A stretch of 64,000 bases of DNA, taken from contig CBDCDZ010000004.1 of the NCBI GenBank assembly GCA_965215565.1, forward strand, positions 1,600,001-1,664,000, read 5' to 3'. Shown here piece by piece: positions 1 through 10,206 of the stretch. The first letter of the stretch is position 1; every line of letters begins with the position of its first letter. The notes below the pieces were generated by a model. That model did no database searches, was not told where the DNA came from, and saw only the letters and a program-made list of their open reading frames with translations. The translations under genes and the position numbers were made by a program. The stretch comes from Trueperaceae bacterium. GTDB lineage: Bacteria; Deinococcota; Deinococci; Deinococcales; Trueperaceae.

Positions 1-1161
1 AATGCCCGCATTCTGAATGATCTCTTTGCCCAGCTCGACGTTCGTGCCTTCTAAACGCACGACTAAGGGCACCTCTAAGCCGACCTCTTTGACCGCCTCA
101 ACGACACCATTAGCAATCGTGTCGCAACGCATGATGCCGCCGAAGATATTGACGAAAATCCCTTTGACGCTGGGGTCACGAGTGATAATTTTGAACGCCG
201 CCGTGACGTTTTCCGTCGTCGCGCCGCCGCCTACGTCCAAGAAGTTCGCGGGCTCGCCGCCCTCGTGCTTGATGATGTCCATCGTGGACATGGCGAGTCC
301 TGCGCCGTTGACCAAACAGCCGATGTTGCCGTCCAACTTGATGAAGGAGAGTCCATACTTGTCCGCTTCGACTTCAGCGGGGTCCTCTTCGGACTTGTCG
401 CGCATCTCCAGCACGTCTTTGTGGCGGAAGAGCGCGTTGCTGTCGAAGCTCATCTTGCCGTCGAGCGCCATCACTTGACCTTGCTTGGTAACGACGAGCG
501 GGTTGATCTCCAACATATCGGCGTCTAACTCCCTAGCCGCGTTTGCCACCGCTTTGAAGAACTTGACGCCGTTCTTAAAGGCGTCGCCGGAAAGCTCCAA
601 GGCGAAGGCGAGTTCCCGAGCCTGAAAATCCGTCAAGCCTACCGCCGGGTCTATGACCACGCGCTGAATCTTCTCGGGCGTCTTCTCGGCGACCTCTTCG
701 ATTTCGGTGCCACCCTCGGTAGACACCATCACGATGTTGCGGGCGTGGGCGCGGTCTAAGACGATGGAGAGGTAGAGTTCGCGCTCGATGTCAATGCCCT
801 GCTCGATGTAGAGCCTGCCCACCTCTTTGCCCTCGTCGCCCGTCTGAACGGTGACGAGCGTCGAGCCGAGCATCTTCTTGGCTAACTCGCGCACCTTTTC
901 TTCCGCCGCTTTGACGCCGCCGTCTAACCCGTCCGTCACCACGTTGACGCCCGCCACGTCCTCGTGCTCCTTGAAGCGTCCTTTGCCGCGCCCGCCCGCG
1001 TGAATCTGCGACTTGACCACAACGACTTTGTTACCGCTATTTTCGATCAAGGGGCGCACAGCGGCTACGGCCTCGTTGGGCGAGGTGGCGACGTGACCCT
1101 CGGGCACGGCAATGCCGCGCGCTTTCATCAGCTCTTTAGCTTGGTATTCGTGAATATTCAA
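1..1161 (-). CDS. sucC: Succinyl-CoA ligase [ADP-forming] beta subunit (3' end runs off the window)
   Basis: Manual translation from TTG at 1161, after a [19 protein letters not shown]...[12 protein letters not shown]...EINPL...[20 protein letters not shown]...[10 protein letters not shown]...[10 protein letters not shown]...VVRLEGTN. Absent from the ORF track because there is no stop in the window. Confidence 0.96.
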   Translation of the reverse strand, partial: MNIHEYQAKELMKARGIAVPEGHVATSPNEAVAAVRPLIENSGNKVVVVKSQIHAGGRGKGRFKEHEDVAGVNVVTDGLDGGVKAAEEKVRELAKKMLGSTLVTVQTGDEGKEVGRLYIEQGIDIERELYLSIVLDRAHARNIVMVSTEGGTEIEEVAEKTPEKIQRVVIDPAVGLTDFQARELAFALELSGDAFKNGVKFFKAVANAARELDADMLEINPLVVTKQGQVMALDGKMSFDSNALFRHKDVLEMRDKSEEDPAEVEADKYGLSFIKLDGNIGCLVNGAGLAMSTMDIIKHEGGEPANFLDVGGGATTENVTAAFKIITRDPSVKGIFVNIFGGIMRCDTIANGVVEAVKEVGLEVPLVVRLEGTNVELGKEIIQNAGI

Positions 1162-1183
1162 CGTTCGGTCTCCTTTTAGTGAG

Positions 1184-1296
1184 TTAGCAGGTATCATCTG
1201 GTTTGAGACACTCTCACTCTAAAAAGCAGCGTTTAGGACGCACATTGTGAGATGATACCTGCGGCGTTCTGTCTCAGTATATTTTGGAACTGCTAA
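1184..1296. repeat. Dispersed repeat family A, copy 1 (MITE-like, TTAGCAG...CTGCTAA ends)
   Basis: 7-bp terminal inverted repeat plus an internal 13-bp inverted repeat (GCAGGTATCATCT 1187-1199 / AGATGATACCTGC 1250-1262). Shares several blocks with copies at 49768 and 59476. Confidence 0.8.
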
Positions 1297-1417
1297 GTAG
1301 AATGGCTCCTGCAAACGCTCTAGCCTACCGCGCGACTGGGCGTGTAGTAAAACGTTGTGTGCTAGGCGCGTACAAAAAAGGCGCGGGGCGTGCACATCTT
1401 TCGGTTGCCCGCGCGCG

Positions 1418-2605
1418 CTAACGCGCCACGACGACCTCACGCTTCGCTGCCCACTGCCCCAAATCCTGACGGTTGATTGCCGTCGCCATCAACTCCGGGA
1501 ACAGCTCCGGCGTGCAGGCGAACGACACAACGCCTAAGTGAGCGAACGCCTCGGCGACGCGGTGATCATAGCTCGGCGCACCGTCGTCGCTGAGCGCTAA
1601 AAGCGCAATCATCTGCACGCCAGACCCTACCAAGGCGGCGGCGCGTTTCAGCATCTCCTCCGCGTTGCCGCCCTCAAAGAGGTCGCTGATGAGGATCAAA
1701 ATAGTGTCGTGCGGGCGTGCGACGCGCGTCTGGCAGTAGCCGAGGGCGCGGCTAATGTCCGTGCCGCCGCCGAGTTGCACGCCGAAGAGGAGGTCCACGG
1801 GGTCGTGCAGGTCTTCGCTCAAATCGACGACGCTCGTATCGAAAGCGACGAAGCGCGTTTTTAGTGCAGGGAGCGAGGCGAGCACCGCGCCGAAAATCCC
1901 TGAATACACCACCGAGGTCGCCATTGAGCCGCTCTGGTCGAGGCAGAGGATGACGTCGCGCAGAGCGGAGCGCTTGCGCCCGTAGCCGATGCGCCGTTCT
2001 GGGATGACGGTCTTGTACTCGGGCTGGTAGTGCTTGAGGTTGGCGCGGATGGTGCGTGGCCAGTCGATTTCGTTGTGGCGCGGGCGAGTGTTGCGCGCGG
2101 CGCGGTTCAGCGCACCCTTTACAGCTTGTTCGGTAGGACCGGCGAGCTTACGGAGCAACTCGTTCACGACGCTCCGCACAACTTGACGGGCAGTGTCTTT
2201 CGTTGTTTCGGGGATGACGCTGCCCAGCGAGATGAGGTTGGCAACCATGTGCACGTCGGCTTCGACCACCTCCAACATCTCGGGCTCTAAGAGCATATGC
2301 CGCAGGTTGAGGCGCTCCAAGGCGTCTTGCTGCATAACTCTAACCACGCTACTCGGGAAGTAGCCGCGAATATCGCCGAGCCAGCGGGCAACTTTGGGTG
2401 CAGACGCGCCGAGCCCGCCGAGCCGGCCGTCCGCGTCGTAGAGTGCACCGAGGGCGGCGTCCATGCCCGCGTCGCTCGCGGAGAGTATCCCGCCGATGCT
2501 ACCCGCTTCGCCGCCCAAGACGAGCCGCCAGCGCCGCTCACGTTCGCTCTGGTTGACGTGGCCGGCTTCGGCTGAGGGCTCGAGGTCGCCTTTGGCACCT
2601 TTCAT
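1418..2605 (-). CDS. VWA domain-containing protein (CoxE-like / YehP-like)
   Basis: MIDAS motif LCLDQSGSM, GGGTDI, LISDLFEGG and the N-terminal RRWRLVLG signature; last gene of the AAA-VWA operon. Confidence 0.88.
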   Translation of the reverse strand: MKGAKGDLEPSAEAGHVNQSERERRWRLVLGGEAGSIGGILSASDAGMDAALGALYDADGRLGGLGASAPKVARWLGDIRGYFPSSVVRVMQQDALERLNLRHMLLEPEMLEVVEADVHMVANLISLGSVIPETTKDTARQVVRSVVNELLRKLAGPTEQAVKGALNRAARNTRPRHNEIDWPRTIRANLKHYQPEYKTVIPERRIGYGRKRSALRDVILCLDQSGSMATSVVYSGIFGAVLASLPALKTRFVAFDTSVVDLSEDLHDPVDLLFGVQLGGGTDISRALGYCQTRVARPHDTILILISDLFEGGNAEEMLKRAAALVGSGVQMIALLALSDDGAPSYDHRVAEAFAHLGVVSFACTPELFPELMATAINRQDLGQWAAKREVVVAR

Positions 2606-4917
2606 TATGTCTCCACCTCCTCGATACCTAAAAGTCGCCGCACGGTAGGCATAACCGCCCGCGCCCGCGCTTCGTCTAAGGGTTCGCCTGGAGTACTGCT
2701 AGCCCTGCCCTTGACCCGCACCCCCATCTGCCTGCGCTCGGGCGCACTAAACGTCGCGAAGGTGCGCCGCAAGAGGGGAACGAGTTGCACGAAGGTCTCC
2801 TCGCCGAGGCTCTGCAACCAGCCGTCCAGCACGCGCCATAAACTTTCGTCATGGAGTAGAACCGCGCCGCTGTCCCTTAGAAAACCCTCTATCCAGGCGG
2901 CAGCGTCCGGTGGCTCGCTCGCCCGCGAGAGCGCCAAACTCACCCTTCGCGCCGCCGCCTCACTGCTCATATCGCCCGTGTCGAAGAGGAGCCGCGCGGC
3001 GCGCCCCGTCACGAGCGCGTGGATGTTGGGGCGCTCGAGCAGGGCGCGCCGCGCCTCTCTCCACATCGCGTTATAACGCTCGTCAGCGAGAACTTGAAGG
3101 GCGCTGTGCGTCTGCATGATGCGCCCGAACATCGCGTCCGCCGCGTCGTCGTCCAGCGAACTGCACGCCCCCGGCAAACCGATGCATAGGCGCGGCGCGA
3201 GCCCGCCCACGACCTGCGCCACCTGGCTCGCGTCCGTTTTGCGGACATTGCCGTAGCGCAGCACCTGTACGAGCGGTGGGAGCGCCGCCATAAGGTGCGC
3301 CACGTCGCTCGTGAGGGCGGCTTTGTTCTCCAAGGCTCTCGTCAGCGCCGCAACCGCGCTCGGGAGGTCAGCAAGCAGCGCGTCCCCCAGCAGCGCGGTG
3401 AGCGCGGGTAGATGAGGCGCGTGTTCCGCCTCGTGCTGAACGTAGGCGCTCGCGGCAAGTTCCACCGTGTTACCCCACACCGCCACCTCGACTAAACGGA
3501 CTGCGAACTCAGGTTTCCAGCGCAGCAGCCAGTGCTCGTGAAAGCTCCCCTTCTTGCCGTAGACGGAACGCGGCTCGCCCCACGGGACGCCGAGCAGCTT
3601 CAGGCGGTGGAGCAGGTGGCTGCGCCCTAAGTGGAGGTCTTTGCGGAGGTCTAGCTCGAGGCTGCTCTCGCTCGCTTTAGGCTGCGTCCGCAGCGACTTC
3701 TGCAAGCGCATGAGGTCCTGTTGCAGCGGCAGCAGCGGCGCGCCTTCGGGAACCGTGCCCAGCCGCTCGCCGACGATGAGCTTCTCTTCGACAAGGCGCA
3801 GCGGTTCGCTGCGTCCGCCGCAAAAGACCGTCTGCACCGCCTCGTTCAGTTCATCCAAGCCTGCCGCCGACTTGCCGCGCAGCGCCGCTAAGCTGTCCGC
3901 CAAGCGCACCCCCTCGATGATATGGGCGGACGAAGCACTCAAATCTTGTTCGCGAAAGAGCGCCGCGACGTGGGTGAGCCAGCGGACGCTGACTGGGTCG
4001 CCCTCTCTTTCGCCTCGTTCGTCATTGCGGCTGCGGACGCGCCAGAGGTGGTCATACCAACCCGGCGAGAGAACACCGGCACCGTAGCCGCTGCGCCGCG
4101 CCAACCGCCCGTACGTCCAGGGTGTCCAGGTGGCGGTCACTTTGGTTTTAGGCAACCCTTTAAGCAGCGCTCTGTCCGCCGCCTCGTTCGACCTCTCCAA
4201 CAGAGCAGGCACGTGCCACGCGCCGCACACCACGGCGATGCGGGTGAAGCCCTCCCGCTCGGCGCGGCGAATCGTCTCGCGCATGGCGGCTTCGCGCAGG
4301 CTTTCGGTTCGCGCCTCGAGCCTATCCGCCAGGGCATTTTTTGGGAGGGTATTCTCTGGCAGCGCATCCTCGCGCAGCGCCACCATCGCCTCCTGAATCG
4401 CCTCGAATAGACCCTTGCTCTCCCACCGCGACTCCACCACCTGGTCCCACCAGCGTTCGCCGTCCGCGTAGCCAGCGGCGGCGGCGAGTCGCCCCAAGGG
4501 ATCGTGACGGGGATGGGATGCGTTGGTGGGCTCGAGTTTGGCGGTAGGCTCGAGTTCGGCGTCACCGGGCACTTCATCAACCTCTTCTCCACCAGGTTCA
4601 GTCAGCGCCAACCGCTGCGCTTGCGGCAAGTCCATGAAGCGCACAGGAATACCTCTCGAGAACGCAAACGTCAGCGCTTGCCACTCCGGTGAAAACACCG
4701 CGAAGGGGTAGAACGCGGCGTGTTCCGGTCTGTCAGGTGCATAGACCATCAGCGCGACGGGGGGCTGCGTCGCCTCTTGCGCAGCGAAGCCGATGACCGA
4801 ATCCGCGTCGGGCGGACCTTCGGTGAGGACGAGGTCGGGACCCAACGTCTCCAACGCGCGGCGCAGCGCCCGAGCCGAGCCGGGACCGTGGTGCCGGATA
4901 CCGTAAAGGTGAACCAC
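2605..4917 (-). CDS. DUF5682 family protein (YehM-like)
   Basis: Starts LYGIRHHGPGSAR; EGPPDA, YPFAVFSPEWQA, VVCGAWHVPAL, SGYGAG. Stop overlaps the VWA start (TAATG). Confidence 0.85.
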   Translation of the reverse strand: MVHLYGIRHHGPGSARALRRALETLGPDLVLTEGPPDADSVIGFAAQEATQPPVALMVYAPDRPEHAAFYPFAVFSPEWQALTFAFSRGIPVRFMDLPQAQRLALTEPGGEEVDEVPGDAELEPTAKLEPTNASHPRHDPLGRLAAAAGYADGERWWDQVVESRWESKGLFEAIQEAMVALREDALPENTLPKNALADRLEARTESLREAAMRETIRRAEREGFTRIAVVCGAWHVPALLERSNEAADRALLKGLPKTKVTATWTPWTYGRLARRSGYGAGVLSPGWYDHLWRVRSRNDERGEREGDPVSVRWLTHVAALFREQDLSASSAHIIEGVRLADSLAALRGKSAAGLDELNEAVQTVFCGGRSEPLRLVEEKLIVGERLGTVPEGAPLLPLQQDLMRLQKSLRTQPKASESSLELDLRKDLHLGRSHLLHRLKLLGVPWGEPRSVYGKKGSFHEHWLLRWKPEFAVRLVEVAVWGNTVELAASAYVQHEAEHAPHLPALTALLGDALLADLPSAVAALTRALENKAALTSDVAHLMAALPPLVQVLRYGNVRKTDASQVAQVVGGLAPRLCIGLPGACSSLDDDAADAMFGRIMQTHSALQVLADERYNAMWREARRALLERPNIHALVTGRAARLLFDTGDMSSEAAARRVSLALSRASEPPDAAAWIEGFLRDSGAVLLHDESLWRVLDGWLQSLGEETFVQLVPLLRRTFATFSAPERRQMGVRVKGRASSTPGEPLDEARARAVMPTVRRLLGIEEVET

Positions 4918-4920
4918 GCG

Positions 4921-6021
4921 CTAGCTGATGTCGCGGCACGCGCGGTAGAGGTCGCCCCAGCCCTCGCGCTCCTTGACGACGGTTTCTAAATACTCGCGCC
5001 AGATCGGGCTGTCTTGCACGCGGTCTTTGACAACTGCGCCGAGCAGCCCGCCCGCTAAGTCGTTCGCTTGCAAACGCCCGTCGCCGAAGTGACCTGCTAA
5101 GGAAATTCCCTGATTGACCACGGCGATGGCTTCGGCGGTGGAGAGCACGCTGCTGGGCGACTTGAGCTTGGTCTTGCCGTCCTCGGTCACGCCGCCGCGC
5201 AACTCGCGGAAGACCGTGACGACGCGGCGGATTTCCTCCAGTGCGGGCGGCTCGGCGGGCAGCTCGAGCGCCCTACCCAAGCTCGCTACGCGCTGCTGCA
5301 CGATGCGCACCTCTTCGTCGGCGCTGGCGGGCAGGGGCAAGATGACGGTGTTGAAGCGGCGTTTGAGGGCGCTCGAGAGGTCATTCACCCCCTTGTCGCG
5401 GTCGTTCGCGGTGGCGATGACGCTAAAGCCTTTCTCCGCTTGCACCTCGCTGTTCAATTCGGGGATGGGCAGCGTCTTCTCGGACAGAACCGTGATGAGC
5501 GTGTCCTGCACCTCGCTCGGGATGCGCGTCAACTCCTCGACGCGGGCGACTTTGCCCCTTTTCATCGCGCGCATAAGGGGGCTCTCGACGACGGCGTCTA
5601 AACTCGGTCCCTTCGCGAGGAGCTGCGCGTAGTTCCAACCGTAGCGCACCGCCTCCTCGCTGAGCCCAGCCGTGCCCTGGATGAGAAGCGTCGAATCGCC
5701 CGAAACGGCGGCGGCTAGGTGCTCGGAGACCCACGTTTTAGCGGTGCCGGGGACGCCGATAAGCAGCAGAGCGCGGTCAGTGGCGAGCGTCGCCACGGCG
5801 ATTTCGATGACCCTAACCTGTCTAATGTACTTAGCGGAGACCTCGAAACCGTTCTCCAACGTGCCGCCTAACAGATACGTTCGCACCGCCCAGGGCGAGA
5901 GCTGCCAGTTGGGTGGGCGCGGACGCTCATCCGCTTGGGCGAGTTCGGCGAGTTCGTGGGCGTACGCTTGTTCGGCGTGTTGGCGGAGGATAGTGCGCGT
6001 ATTTGTATGAGCATCTGTCAT
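4921..6021 (-). CDS. MoxR-related AAA+ ATPase (YehL subfamily)
   Basis: LRQHAE, Walker A GVPGTAKT, Walker B VEELTR, ATANDRDKGVNDLSSALKRRF. Start moved to ATG 6021, which follows an AGGAG RBS. Confidence 0.9.
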   Translation of the reverse strand: MTDAHTNTRTILRQHAEQAYAHELAELAQADERPRPPNWQLSPWAVRTYLLGGTLENGFEVSAKYIRQVRVIEIAVATLATDRALLLIGVPGTAKTWVSEHLAAAVSGDSTLLIQGTAGLSEEAVRYGWNYAQLLAKGPSLDAVVESPLMRAMKRGKVARVEELTRIPSEVQDTLITVLSEKTLPIPELNSEVQAEKGFSVIATANDRDKGVNDLSSALKRRFNTVILPLPASADEEVRIVQQRVASLGRALELPAEPPALEEIRRVVTVFRELRGGVTEDGKTKLKSPSSVLSTAEAIAVVNQGISLAGHFGDGRLQANDLAGGLLGAVVKDRVQDSPIWREYLETVVKEREGWGDLYRACRDIS

Positions 6022-6061
6022 GTCGGCTCCTAGAGATTTTTTATCTGACAATTCGTGGGTT

Positions 6062-7381
6062 TCATAAGAGGTCGAGTCGGCGTTGCGCCCATCTAGCGAC
6101 GAATTCATCTTCGTCGTCTTTCGATACCTCGAGAACCTCTCTGTTGAGGCTCTTGTTATCGACGAGCGCCTGCCTCACACTCACCGCTTGGTCATGAGCG
6201 AGCGCGTGCATGAGGTCAGGGGGCAGCGAATCGTTGTCAGCCAACATCCTCCGCATATCCTCCGCCGGATGATGCAGCACCGTCCGCATGAGCGCCAGGT
6301 CTCTCATATCGTGAGCGGTGGACCTCCTCACGACCGCGTCCGAATCCTCCAGCAAGTTCTTTAGAACTGGTACTGGTGTCTTAGGATGTTTAGTGACGGC
6401 GTAGCGCACTTTCTCAGAGCCGTCCTTGGCGAGGACCTCGAGGAAGTCTGGAGGTGTATTTTTGTTCTCCGCTACCCGAACACGCACCCAGATTTTGGGG
6501 TCGCTTCGGAGGTTCTCGAGCGCTTCGAGGGGAGAGTGTTCATTGCTTGCTACCGTTCGACGCACTCCCTCTTCGGCATCTCGAGAAAGCGTGAGAAGCG
6601 CGTCAGGCGGGGTATTTGGATGACGCGCTACTGTTTCCCGGACCAATTTGCTCGGGTCGTGGACCAGTTGCGCCAATGTTTCGCCGAAGATTCGGGTTTT
6701 TGAATAGACACTACAGAGCATCCAAAATTTCTGGCTCTCACTAAACGCTTCGTCGAGTGCTAGACGGTCAAGTGTTTCGTCGGAGATGCGGGGGATTGCC
6801 TGGTCCAAAATGCAGCCTGACCGGGCAATTGGAGACGCATCTCGTGACAATGTTTCAACTATGGATAAAGGCGTGCTCCCGTTCGCGGCGACTGTACTTC
6901 GCACTCCTGCGCTCGGGTCCTGCGCCAACTTCTCGAGGGTCGGTAGAGGGGTCTGAGGATGCCGCGCGACCGCTGCTCGGACGCGAGCGGCGGCATCGTC
7001 CGCCAGCCGGACGAGTAGAGCTTGCAGAGTCGCGCTGTTTTGCGCCACTGCCTCTCGCACGGTCCATCTACCGTGCAGCGCGAGGCTGGCGAGGATATTA
7101 CCTGAAACGTTATCGCTCAGGGCAACGGCTTTGAGCACCGTCCACTGATTATCTCCTGCCAAATGCTCGAGGTCTTCTAACCTCGTATTGGAGTTCGCCG
7201 CCACTCTTCGGCGCGTCGGCATGTCGCCGCTGCGGGCGAGATCGGCGAGCACCTCGGGCGGCGTACGTTTGCTCTTAGCGACGGCGCGCGAGAGCGCCTC
7301 GTCCATCGCCGCGAGTTGGCGCAAGCGTTCGGGGCTGGTCTTTTTGTTGCGGGCTTCTTTTTTAAGTGCGGCTAGGTCCAT
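6062..7381 (-). CDS. HEAT-like / leucine-rich-variant (LRV) repeat protein
   Basis: Many ~24-aa repeats of type LAxDxxxxVRxxVAxNxxTPxxxLxx. ATG 7381 follows GAGGA and lies 3 nt past the DUF5691 stop. Confidence 0.8.
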   Translation of the reverse strand: MDLAALKKEARNKKTSPERLRQLAAMDEALSRAVAKSKRTPPEVLADLARSGDMPTRRRVAANSNTRLEDLEHLAGDNQWTVLKAVALSDNVSGNILASLALHGRWTVREAVAQNSATLQALLVRLADDAAARVRAAVARHPQTPLPTLEKLAQDPSAGVRSTVAANGSTPLSIVETLSRDASPIARSGCILDQAIPRISDETLDRLALDEAFSESQKFWMLCSVYSKTRIFGETLAQLVHDPSKLVRETVARHPNTPPDALLTLSRDAEEGVRRTVASNEHSPLEALENLRSDPKIWVRVRVAENKNTPPDFLEVLAKDGSEKVRYAVTKHPKTPVPVLKNLLEDSDAVVRRSTAHDMRDLALMRTVLHHPAEDMRRMLADNDSLPPDLMHALAHDQAVSVRQALVDNKSLNREVLEVSKDDEDEFVARWAQRRLDLL

Positions 7382-7383
7382 GA

Positions 7384-8829
7384 TCAAAATTCCTCGAGGA
7401 TGGCGCTACGCAAATCGGCAACGTCGCGCATGTGCGCGAGCACTGTATCTATCCAGTTAGGGGTCTCAGGCGGCAGGGTGAGCGCTCGGAGCGCAGCTTG
7501 AAGGGTTTCTGGATGCATATGGTACGCGCACGCTGCGTAAAAACTTTGGAGTTTGGGGCTGTAGAGCTTGGCGCGGCGCAGGTCGGTTTGGAGACCTTTG
7601 AGGACCGTTGCCGTCAGCGCAGGGGACCACGCACCTGGATGTAATTGGGGAAGGTCAGCCAACGTGTTGCTATTCGGGGGCGAGTCGTTGCGCTCAATCT
7701 CACCGAGCAGAAAAGCGTCACGCGCCTCTGCGGGCACGTTCAGGTGAAAGAGGCTGGGCAGCGCCGGTTCGACGACGTCCACGATCTCGAGTCGCTTCTC
7801 GAAAAACGCCCGCGCCCACGTCACGTTCGCCTCGAATAGCGTACGCCTCAACCACGCCTCCAAGATGAGGGTGCCCCACCCCTTGTTTCTCTTAGCGGCG
7901 TCGATGAGCCCGCCCGGTCGCTCGCTGAAACGCTCTGTGAGGTGCTCGAGCGGCACCCCCGCCAACACCTGCCGCGTCAGAGCGCGCTTGCTCTCGCCGC
8001 GCGCCCCTTCCGGCTCGACGCCGTCGCGCAGCAGGGTCTCGTCGGTTTGGGGGAGAAGGTTTAGGGTCATGACCTTTTGAGAGCCTGCTTGCTCCATATT
8101 TAAGAGCGCGTCCGCGCGCCCAGTCATGCGGCGGCTCAGTGCGGACGCGCTCAGATGCGAGAGGAGCCGCGCCGCGCCGCCGCGCACGTTCTTGCTGCGG
8201 TCATCCAAGGCGCGCTCCAAAAAGGGCTCGTCCTCTAAGCTGAGGTTGACACCTAGATACGCGACTAGTTCGGCGCGCGTTTCCGCGCTCATGTGTTGCC
8301 ACACGCCCTCGACGAGCGCCCTGGCGTGCGCCGGGTCGCGCCCTCGCACCTCGGGGACGATCTCGCCGTCGATCACCGCCCAAAGAGGTCTGAGCGCCCA
8401 AAACCAGGCTTGGTTCAAGCGGGCGAGCCAGCGTCCCCGTTCACCCAACACCGAGAGGATAGCGGGGCGCAGCTCGGCACTGTGTCTGCCGTAGTCGAGC
8501 AAGTCGGGCAGGCTTCGCTCGGGGACGCGCAGCTCGGCGCGTCGGGCGTAGTCCAGCCACTGCGCCAGCAGCGTGCCGTGGGTACGGTTTTCCAGCAAGG
8601 TGCGCAAGTGCGGGCTGTAGGCGGCGGCGCTCTGCGCGTCTTCCGGGCAGGGCGGAGGCGGGTTGGGCGCGCGCGCGGCGGGCAAACGCCCCGCTTTGCG
8701 CTGCAGCGCAAGCGCCGCTGCGTCGCTCAGGAGGTGCGCTTCTGGGTCTGCAAGAAGAGGTAAAGTTCCCCTGTAGGTCCGTCGCTCAGTCCCTAAAAGC
8801 GCACTCGTTTGGAGCGCGTCCCAGTTCAT
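7384..8829 (-). CDS. DUF5691 domain protein
   Basis: WDAL..SALLGTERR, LGERGRWLARLN..W, DEPFLERALDDRSKNVR...AARLL; GGAGG RBS; expected position after the SWIM gene. Confidence 0.78.
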   Translation of the reverse strand: MNWDALQTSALLGTERRTYRGTLPLLADPEAHLLSDAAALALQRKAGRLPAARAPNPPPPCPEDAQSAAAYSPHLRTLLENRTHGTLLAQWLDYARRAELRVPERSLPDLLDYGRHSAELRPAILSVLGERGRWLARLNQAWFWALRPLWAVIDGEIVPEVRGRDPAHARALVEGVWQHMSAETRAELVAYLGVNLSLEDEPFLERALDDRSKNVRGGAARLLSHLSASALSRRMTGRADALLNMEQAGSQKVMTLNLLPQTDETLLRDGVEPEGARGESKRALTRQVLAGVPLEHLTERFSERPGGLIDAAKRNKGWGTLILEAWLRRTLFEANVTWARAFFEKRLEIVDVVEPALPSLFHLNVPAEARDAFLLGEIERNDSPPNSNTLADLPQLHPGAWSPALTATVLKGLQTDLRRAKLYSPKLQSFYAACAYHMHPETLQAALRALTLPPETPNWIDTVLAHMRDVADLRSAILEEF

Positions 8830-8877
8830 AGAACCACCTCCGTAAGGGGAACGTTGCGTCGCTTTACCGCACCCGTA

Positions 8878-10194
8878 CTAACCATGTAACCTTATCGTCC
8901 CGCTTGCCAAGCTCGCTGAGAGGGGCAAAAAGGCGTGCCCGTCCCACTCGCCGAAGAGCGTCAGCGGTCGCCCTCCGCTCACTGCGAGCAGCGTCCAGCC
9001 CTGAGTGAAGTTGGGGTGAAGGTCCAGTTGATGCGAAGCGTCTGCGACCCGCCAAGTACCACTGGGAGCAGCCGGCGCGAGCTGAACCTCTTTCAAGGAG
9101 AGCGGGTAGCGCGTCAGCCACGGCTGGGCGGCGAGTGCCCGCGCGTAGTGCGCCGTTCCGCCTAAAATATCCGTCTCAGCGTCGAAACGGTTCAGCGGCT
9201 CGCTCTCCTCTTGCACTTTGACGAGCGCGCGCTGCGGCGCGTGACCCTCGAACAGAACCATCTCACCCTCGAACGCAGTGTTGGCGCGCAACGACTCGTC
9301 AAACGCTCCGCCGTAAGCGAACTCGAGCACGAACACCGTGCGCCCGCTCCTTTCGCCGCGCAGCCACGAGCGCCGCGCGCTCAAGTTGTTCTCGTTCTCG
9401 CTCGCCTGACCTAAGACCTGCCAGCGGTCTTTTACGCCCGGTTGTTGCCGTAGTGCGTTCTGGTCCTGCGGCAAACCGAGTTTCGTCTTGGTGTCCGCTT
9501 GCAGTGCAGGGCTGAGCGTGTCCAAGCGGCCGTAGCCCTCGAGCAGCAGATGCAGAAGGGCGAGGTGCTCGAGCAATCTGTCCGCGCGCCCCTCGCCCCA
9601 TACCGCTACGCTACCGAGCGCACGCAAGCGGTTGGCTAGCCCTGGTGCCTGCGCGTCCACCATGCGGCTCGCCACCTCGTCCCAAAAGGCGTAGGGCTTG
9701 CCCTGAACGCTGGCGAGCCCTTGGCGCACCAGGTCGCGCAGCCACAACTCTAAGTCGCGGACGCCCGCTCGGACAGTCGCCTCGCGTTTCTTCGCGCGTT
9801 TCGTAGCGGCGTCGGGGTCAGCTTTCACCTTCTTTTCGGCACGTTTGACGCGGGTCTCAGCCCGCGCGCTACGCTCCGTGAGCCACTCGCTCACCCAGTC
9901 GGGCGGCGCGCCGCTGCCGAACGCGCCCGCTTGCTCGGCGCGCAGCAAGAAGAGGGCGAGACCATGTTTGCAAGGGAACTTGCGGCTCGGGCAGGAGCAT
10001 TTGAAGGAGGGTCCGCCCGCTAGGTCGATGCGGGTCAAGTAGGGCTTGCTGCCGCTGCCCTTGCATTCGCCCCAAAGCGCGCGCTCGTCGTCTCCCAAAT
10101 TGGACCACTTGCTCAGGGTTAGGAGCTTTCTAGCCGCCTTGACTGAACCGCTGTCGGGCGCAAGCGCCAAAATCTGTTCGGAGGTCCACTGCAC
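8878..10194 (-). CDS. SWIM zinc-finger protein (YehQ-like)
   Basis: WGECKGSG.KPY, SWIM motif CSCPSRKFPCKH, RMVDAQAPGLA, TLFGEW. Start probably GTG 10194, which is 6 nt after TAAACT. Confidence 0.88.
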   Translation of the reverse strand: MQWTSEQILALAPDSGSVKAARKLLTLSKWSNLGDDERALWGECKGSGSKPYLTRIDLAGGPSFKCSCPSRKFPCKHGLALFLLRAEQAGAFGSGAPPDWVSEWLTERSARAETRVKRAEKKVKADPDAATKRAKKREATVRAGVRDLELWLRDLVRQGLASVQGKPYAFWDEVASRMVDAQAPGLANRLRALGSVAVWGEGRADRLLEHLALLHLLLEGYGRLDTLSPALQADTKTKLGLPQDQNALRQQPGVKDRWQVLGQASENENNLSARRSWLRGERSGRTVFVLEFAYGGAFDESLRANTAFEGEMVLFEGHAPQRALVKVQEESEPLNRFDAETDILGGTAHYARALAAQPWLTRYPLSLKEVQLAPAAPSGTWRVADASHQLDLHPNFTQGWTLLAVSGGRPLTLFGEWDGHAFLPLSASLASGTIRLHG

Positions 10195-10200
10195 CGCCAC

Positions 10201-10206
10201 AGTTTA
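10201..10206 (-). promoter_or_regulatory. Putative leaderless -10 element (TAAACT) for the SWIM-AAA-VWA operon
   Basis: Minus strand TAAACT-gtggcg-GTG; same geometry as at 52039 and 54522. Confidence 0.5.

Noticed and set aside
17..528. Plus-strand ORFs 17-478 and 265-528
   Set aside because: Antisense shadows of sucC, which occupies 1-1161 on the minus strand.
1418..6021. AAA + VWA genes as CoxD/CoxE accessories of the CO dehydrogenase
   Set aside because: They are over 50 kb from coxMSL, and their YehL-type motifs and SWIM/DUF5682 context indicate a different module.
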